Shown in pieces: positions 48,613 through 53,313 of a stretch of DNA of 53,313 bases. Origin of the DNA: Bacteroidota bacterium (GTDB taxonomy: Bacteria; Bacteroidota; Bacteroidia; AKYH767-A; OLB10); assembly GCA_046052065.1 (NCBI GenBank), contig JBJOND010000006.1, positions 1 through 53,313 on the forward strand, in the 5' to 3' direction. The notes beneath the pieces were generated by a model, which saw only the letters and a list, made by a program, of their open reading frames with translations, made no database searches and was not told where the DNA came from. The number at the start of each line of letters is the position of its first letter. The stretch's first letter is position 1. The position numbers and the translations under genes are program-made.

Positions 48613-48686
48613 AATTAACTAACGCTAATATTTTATGTTAGCCATGAAGGCTATTTTTTTAGGTCATTGATTTATTTTTAGTTTTT

Positions 48687-48694
48687 CAAATTTA
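48687..48694 (-). promoter_or_regulatory. -7 promoter box upstream of the LamG leader
   Basis: TAAATTTG on the minus strand. Confidence 0.5.
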
Positions 48695-48804
48695 CATTTT
48701 TATTTGAAAAAAGAAGTAGTGGCAACTAACAATATCGAATTAAACAGATTTATTAAAAAATAATATGTCCGCCTTAAAATTATTGAGGAAAAAACCTACT
48801 TGAC

Positions 48805-48836
48805 TTTTAATTATGGCGAATTCGCCATAATTAAAA
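48805..48836. repeat. Perfect 32-bp loopless palindrome
   Basis: ttttaattatggcgaa|ttcgccataattaaaa. Confidence 0.9.
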
Positions 48837-48950
48837 ATAGGATTATAAATCTATTCCCCAGAACCAAGGCACTCGATTCTGTTTCGATTAAGAAAGCTAT
48901 CTGAAGTAAAAACCCCCCTAAATCCCCCCTAATTTTCGTATTTTAGCAAA

Positions 48951-50981
48951 GTGATTACACCTGAAACAAAAGAACGAATTTTAGAAGCCTGCCGCGTAGA
49001 AGAAGTGGTTGGTGATTTTGTGTCGTTGAAGAAGCGTGGAGCTAATTTGCTTGGTGTTTGTCCTTTTCACAATGAGCGTACGCCATCGTTCACTGTATCG
49101 CCTGCAAAAGGATTTTTCAAATGCTTCGGTTGCGGTAAGGCAGGTGATTCAGTTACTTTCATGATGGAACATGAGCAACTCTCTTTTCCAGAAGCTTTAC
49201 GATATCTCGCTGGTAAGTATAGTATCACTATTGAAGAGGAAGCTCCATCAGCAGAAATGATGGAGGCACAATCGCAACGTGAGAGTTTGTTTGCAGTAAT
49301 GGATTTTGCAAAAAACTATTATGTCGATTACCTATGGAATAATGATGAAGGTATTGCCATTGGATTAAGTTATTTCAGAGAACGTGGGTTTACCGATGAG
49401 ATCATTAGAAAATTTGAATTAGGTTTTTCACCTGATAAATGGGATGGGCTTACTTCTGCCGCAACGGGTGCAGGATACAAAGAAGAAATTTTAGAGAAGG
49501 CGGGATTACTTATCGTTAACGAACAAAAAAAATACGATCGCTTTCGTGGAAGAGTAATGTTTCCTGTTGCAAGCTTAACAGGTCGCACGATTGCTTTCGG
49601 TGCGCGTATTCTGAAAACAGATCCGAAGAGTCCGAAGTATTTAAACTCACCCGAGACAGAAATTTATTTCAAGAGTAAGAGTTTATACGGTATTTCGCAT
49701 GCGAAGAAGTCGATTGTTGAGAAAGACGTTTGTTATTTAGTAGAAGGATATACGGATGTGATTTCTTTACATCAAGCGGGGATAGAAAATGTAGTAGCAA
49801 GTTCTGGTACTTCACTAACGGTAGAGCAGATACGCTTAATAGGTCGCTATACAAAAAACATTACGGTATTGTATGATGGTGATGCTGCTGGTATAAAGGC
49901 TTCGTTAAGAGGAATTAATTTGATTCTCGAAGAAGGAATGAACGTACGTGTAGTATTATTTCCTGATGGAGAAGATCCGGATTCTTATTCACGAAAAGTT
50001 ACTACGGTTGAATTGCTGGAATATTTATCTAAATCTGCGGTAGATTTTATTTCATTTAAAACAAAATTATTACTGAGTGATACAGCAGGTGATCCGATTA
50101 AGAAAGCAGGACTAGTTCGAGATATTGTAGAAACAATTGCTGTTGTTCCAGATGCAATTACCCGCGCAGCTTACTTGCGTCAGGCATCTACCTTGATGGA
50201 AATGGGAGAGGCTGTATTGATTGCCGAGATGAATAAAATTATTCGTGCGCGTAATAATCGTCAGTCAGAGGAACAGCAAACACCCGTGCAGGATCATGCT
50301 GGAGAGGTGCTTGATAACATCGAGAAAGAATACACGGAAGAACAGCTTATCAATGATGAACATAGTACCGAAGTTCATGAGGAAGAAATAATACGTATTC
50401 TTTTAAATTATGCTGAGGAAATATTTCCGCTTCCCGATTTTAGTAAATACTTAGAAGTAGAACCTGTTAAGGGAAAGCAAAAAAAGAAAGGCTTTAATGT
50501 AGAAGAAGAAGAGGAAAAGCCAGAACTACAACATATCAAGGTAAAGGATTTTATTTTTGATGTGCTTCAAACAGATGGAATCAGTTTTACAAACGAAGGA
50601 TATGCAGGACTGTTAGCAGAGTTTACGAATTTAATAACTACTGAAACGGACTATGATACGCAATCATTTATCAATAATTTAAGTCCTGAATTAAAGCCAC
50701 TCGCTATATCATTAGTTACTCCTAAATATGAATTAGCTGATTGGAAATCGAAGGGAATAATTGTTCGATTAGATAAAGACAGAATCGATAAAACAGTCGT
50801 AGATGCCATGGTGTACATTCAAAAGAAAATGGCAAACAAAAAAGCAATGGAGTTTCAAAATGAAATCAAAGAGCGTTCAGAAGTGGGAGCAGACATTGAC
50901 GAATTACTTGAGCACTATCAAGAACTAATCAACTTGAAAATGGTTTTAAACCGAATCACAAATACGGTTATAAATAAGTAA
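48951..50981 (+). CDS. dnaG: DNA primase
   Basis: CPFHNERTPSF..CFGC zinc finger, KYLNSPET, VEGYTDV and YDGDAAG TOPRIM motifs. Confidence 0.97.
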   Translation: MITPETKERILEACRVEEVVGDFVSLKKRGANLLGVCPFHNERTPSFTVSPAKGFFKCFGCGKAGDSVTFMMEHEQLSFPEALRYLAGKYSITIEEEAPSAEMMEAQSQRESLFAVMDFAKNYYVDYLWNNDEGIAIGLSYFRERGFTDEIIRKFELGFSPDKWDGLTSAATGAGYKEEILEKAGLLIVNEQKKYDRFRGRVMFPVASLTGRTIAFGARILKTDPKSPKYLNSPETEIYFKSKSLYGISHAKKSIVEKDVCYLVEGYTDVISLHQAGIENVVASSGTSLTVEQIRLIGRYTKNITVLYDGDAAGIKASLRGINLILEEGMNVRVVLFPDGEDPDSYSRKVTTVELLEYLSKSAVDFISFKTKLLLSDTAGDPIKKAGLVRDIVETIAVVPDAITRAAYLRQASTLMEMGEAVLIAEMNKIIRARNNRQSEEQQTPVQDHAGEVLDNIEKEYTEEQLINDEHSTEVHEEEIIRILLNYAEEIFPLPDFSKYLEVEPVKGKQKKKGFNVEEEEEKPELQHIKVKDFIFDVLQTDGISFTNEGYAGLLAEFTNLITTETDYDTQSFINNLSPELKPLAISLVTPKYELADWKSKGIIVRLDKDRIDKTVVDAMVYIQKKMANKKAMEFQNEIKERSEVGADIDELLEHYQELINLKMVLNRITNTVINK

Positions 50982-52133
50982 TTATCGAATAAGCTTTTTA
51001 ATTGTCTTTTCGAATTCCGATTTATAAATTTCAAATTCTTTTCCTGTAGCAGGTCCCGAAAATCCAGCATGTACTTTTACTACTTTGCCTTTGTCATCAA
51101 GAAATAAAGTTGTCGGAAAAGAAATAAAATCTTTAATCTGAGGAATCACTTTCATCACATTATCTTTTCCTGCTACACCAGCAATTAATACAGGATACTT
51201 CAAATCGAGATTTTTCACAAAACGTTCAGCACTTGCTTTCGCTTTTGAAAATTCTGCGCTGCGTTCAAAGGTTAATCCGATAATTTCTAATCCTTGATCG
51301 TGATAGGTTTTGTAAATCTCATTAAAGTACTTTGCTTCATCCATACAATTCGGACACCATGATCCCATGAACTGAATGATGGTCGCTTTTTTCTGAAAGC
51401 GTTTATCTGTAATTGATACGATGTTACTATCTAAATCAGGGAAACTAAAATTGAGATCACCTTCTACCCGTGTGATGGTATTAGGATCGCGAAGCTTTGC
51501 ATTTTCATATCTGCGTGCATGAAATGGTGCTTTATAAGTGTTACCAGAGTAAAACATTCCTAACATCGAATCATTTTTTACATCTGCAAGATAGAGCCAT
51601 GCGTGCGCTCCATCAAAAACACTTAGTTTTAATTTATTTCCAACTATAACGCCTTCGAGGTAACGATGATCACCCGTTTCAGTTAAGAACGTTCCTGTAA
51701 CATGATTTCCATCTTGATTAAATACTCCAATAGCAAGCGATGAATCAGGACTATCAACATCAAACCAAGTTTCCCATTTACCTGTGATATTTAAAGTAGT
51801 ATTTCCTTTATCTGGAAAGCGTTCCGTTACCCCTTTATAGCCTACAAATACAACTTCAGGATTTCCTTTTTTACTGTAGTTAATCCACTTACCACGCAAG
51901 CGATCACCTTCAATATGTAACTTAATTTCCGAATCGAAATAAGGGGGTCGGATAAAGAGTGAGTCGCCACGCACATCTGTAACTTCACAAACAATACGCT
52001 CTTCAGCATTATGAATAACAAAAATAACTTTTCCGCTCTCTTCTTTTAATTCAAAGTTAAATGGTAAAGGTTGCCCTGGAAGAAATAATTGTCCGAGCCA
52101 CATGCCCAATAATAAACCGATATTGTAAACCAT
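50982..52133 (-). CDS. Exported TlpA/ResA-like thiol-disulfide oxidoreductase with N-terminal beta domains
   Basis: GSWCPNCMDE, SFPTTLFLD and HAGFSGPATG. Confidence 0.85.
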   Translation of the reverse strand: MVYNIGLLLGMWLGQLFLPGQPLPFNFELKEESGKVIFVIHNAEERIVCEVTDVRGDSLFIRPPYFDSEIKLHIEGDRLRGKWINYSKKGNPEVVFVGYKGVTERFPDKGNTTLNITGKWETWFDVDSPDSSLAIGVFNQDGNHVTGTFLTETGDHRYLEGVIVGNKLKLSVFDGAHAWLYLADVKNDSMLGMFYSGNTYKAPFHARRYENAKLRDPNTITRVEGDLNFSFPDLDSNIVSITDKRFQKKATIIQFMGSWCPNCMDEAKYFNEIYKTYHDQGLEIIGLTFERSAEFSKAKASAERFVKNLDLKYPVLIAGVAGKDNVMKVIPQIKDFISFPTTLFLDDKGKVVKVHAGFSGPATGKEFEIYKSEFEKTIKKLIR

Positions 52134-52138
52134 AGTCG

Positions 52139-52672
52139 TTAATTAATCACTCCTGTTATGCGATAATAAGTAGTATCCGATAAAATCATTTTCTCTTTTG
52201 CGTTAATGGAGAAAAATGTTTGCGGTATATATTCTATCTCTTGCTTTGAATAATAAAAGGTATTTTCTTTCATTCGTTCAATCGCGATTCTTTTAATTGA
52301 ATTTTGATGTTTGACTACAACAAATTTTCTTACTTCTGACTTAGTTTCTTTTGATGAATAAGTAATGATAGTACTATCGTTTTGTTGAAGTGTATCGATA
52401 GTATAGCTTAGATATTTCTCAGAAATATTACTGGCTACAATTAATTCAAGTTCTTTATTCCAATTTACGGTATCTAATTGAAACATTTCTTTCTTGCTAT
52501 TGTATTCTGCTGTTTTAAGTAGATGGGAGTTGTTTTTATTAAGCAATACTATTTCACTTCGTATATAACTAGCACTGTTAAATAGTTTAATGCTACTGTT
52601 TGATACTTCAGTGGTACAATTACTGAGATAAACAATTGCGAGAGTCAGCAGTATAAAGATTCTTTTTTTCAT
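52139..52672 (-). CDS. Hypothetical protein, probable lipoprotein
   Basis: MKKRIFILLTLAIVYLSNC signal with Cys; tight spacing with co-oriented neighbours. Confidence 0.6.
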   Translation of the reverse strand: MKKRIFILLTLAIVYLSNCTTEVSNSSIKLFNSASYIRSEIVLLNKNNSHLLKTAEYNSKKEMFQLDTVNWNKELELIVASNISEKYLSYTIDTLQQNDSTIITYSSKETKSEVRKFVVVKHQNSIKRIAIERMKENTFYYSKQEIEYIPQTFFSINAKEKMILSDTTYYRITGVIN

Positions 52673-52673
52673 A

Positions 52674-53313
52674 TTAAAAATTTAAACCTAATTCACGTGC
52701 CTTTTGCAGACATTCATTTGCCTTAATGGTATCTCCCATATTTCTATAGGTAATACTTAAATTCACCCATGCCTTCCCGTTAGAAGGGTCGAGTTTAACG
52801 GATTCATTAAACCAGTATAAACATGAATCTTTTATTCCCATTACAGCATAACAGTTTCCAAGGTTGTTATAAGCATCAGCATAAGAAGGATTAATCGAGA
52901 GTGCTTTTTTATAATTATCAATTGCAGAACGAAAATCATTTTTTTGTGCATAGATATTTCCACGGTTGTAATAGGCTTTATCAAATGCAGGTTTGATAGC
53001 AAGTGCTTTTTCAAAACAAACAAATGATTCATCATACATTTTGTTTTCTCCTAAGTACAAACCAAGGTTATTGTAATTGTCGGAAGAATTTGGATTAAGT
53101 GCTATGGCAGCTTTTAAATCGATGATTGCTTTATCTAATTGACCATTGTTACCATATGCGATTCCGGCATTCGATAATTTTTCATCAGTATCAAACGCTT
53201 TGTAACTACGAGCCTGTTCAAAAGCATATACTGCATTTTTAAAATCGTTCTTCTCTTTATAGGCCATTCCTAAATTATACCATGCATCGTTATAATTCGG
53301 AATCAGACTTACT
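52674..53313 (-). CDS. TPR-repeat protein, C-terminal part (gene starts beyond the window)
   Basis: The frame stays open to the window edge (VSLIPNYNDAWYNLGMAY). Tandem TPRs include YNNLG, YYNRG and WVNLS. Confidence 0.85.
   Translation of the reverse strand, partial: VSLIPNYNDAWYNLGMAYKEKNDFKNAVYAFEQARSYKAFDTDEKLSNAGIAYGNNGQLDKAIIDLKAAIALNPNSSDNYNNLGLYLGENKMYDESFVCFEKALAIKPAFDKAYYNRGNIYAQKNDFRSAIDNYKKALSINPSYADAYNNLGNCYAVMGIKDSCLYWFNESVKLDPSNGKAWVNLSITYRNMGDTIKANECLQKARELGLNF

Noticed and set aside
48394-48618. 74-aa + strand ORF
   Set aside because: It is antisense to the LamG leader and better explained by RNA structure; no protein motif.
48616-48643. dif site or integron attC-like site (ctaac...ttatgttag)
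   Set aside because: Only a partial XerD-like arm with no XerC arm. It is too short for attC and no integrase is present.

Overview
AT-rich chromosomal segment from a Bacteroidota bacterium (T9SS cargo genes, TAnnTTTG -7 promoters). In order: partial PBP1A; scoA/scoB split by an inverted-repeat-flanked four-helix-bundle remnant; a lipid-linked glycosylation cluster (two GT2, two GT-C-like, a glycoside hydrolase, a methyltransferase); rplM-rpsI-rpsB-tsf, an inserted TMTC-like gene, pyrH-frr; two T9SS genes; sodA, a GT4, thiL; DUF47-PiT; a vWA / DUF6717-like / pseudo-metalloprotease-wHTH module; YceI, a hybrid kinase and a REC-adenylate cyclase; the suf operon; ispB; a small islet (duplicated ispB 3' end, DUF433/DUF5615 toxin-antitoxin pair, LamG T9SS gene with a structured leader); dnaG; TlpA and TPR genes. 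I recognised no tRNA, rRNA, cas, integrase or transposase gene. The most unusual feature is non-coding: at 21758-22037, five 26-28 bp palindromes share AGT...ACT arms and A/T flanks but have different self-complementary cores, with centres 61-65 bp apart and unique 34-38 bp spacers. All calls come from reading the sequence by eye; no database searches were run.
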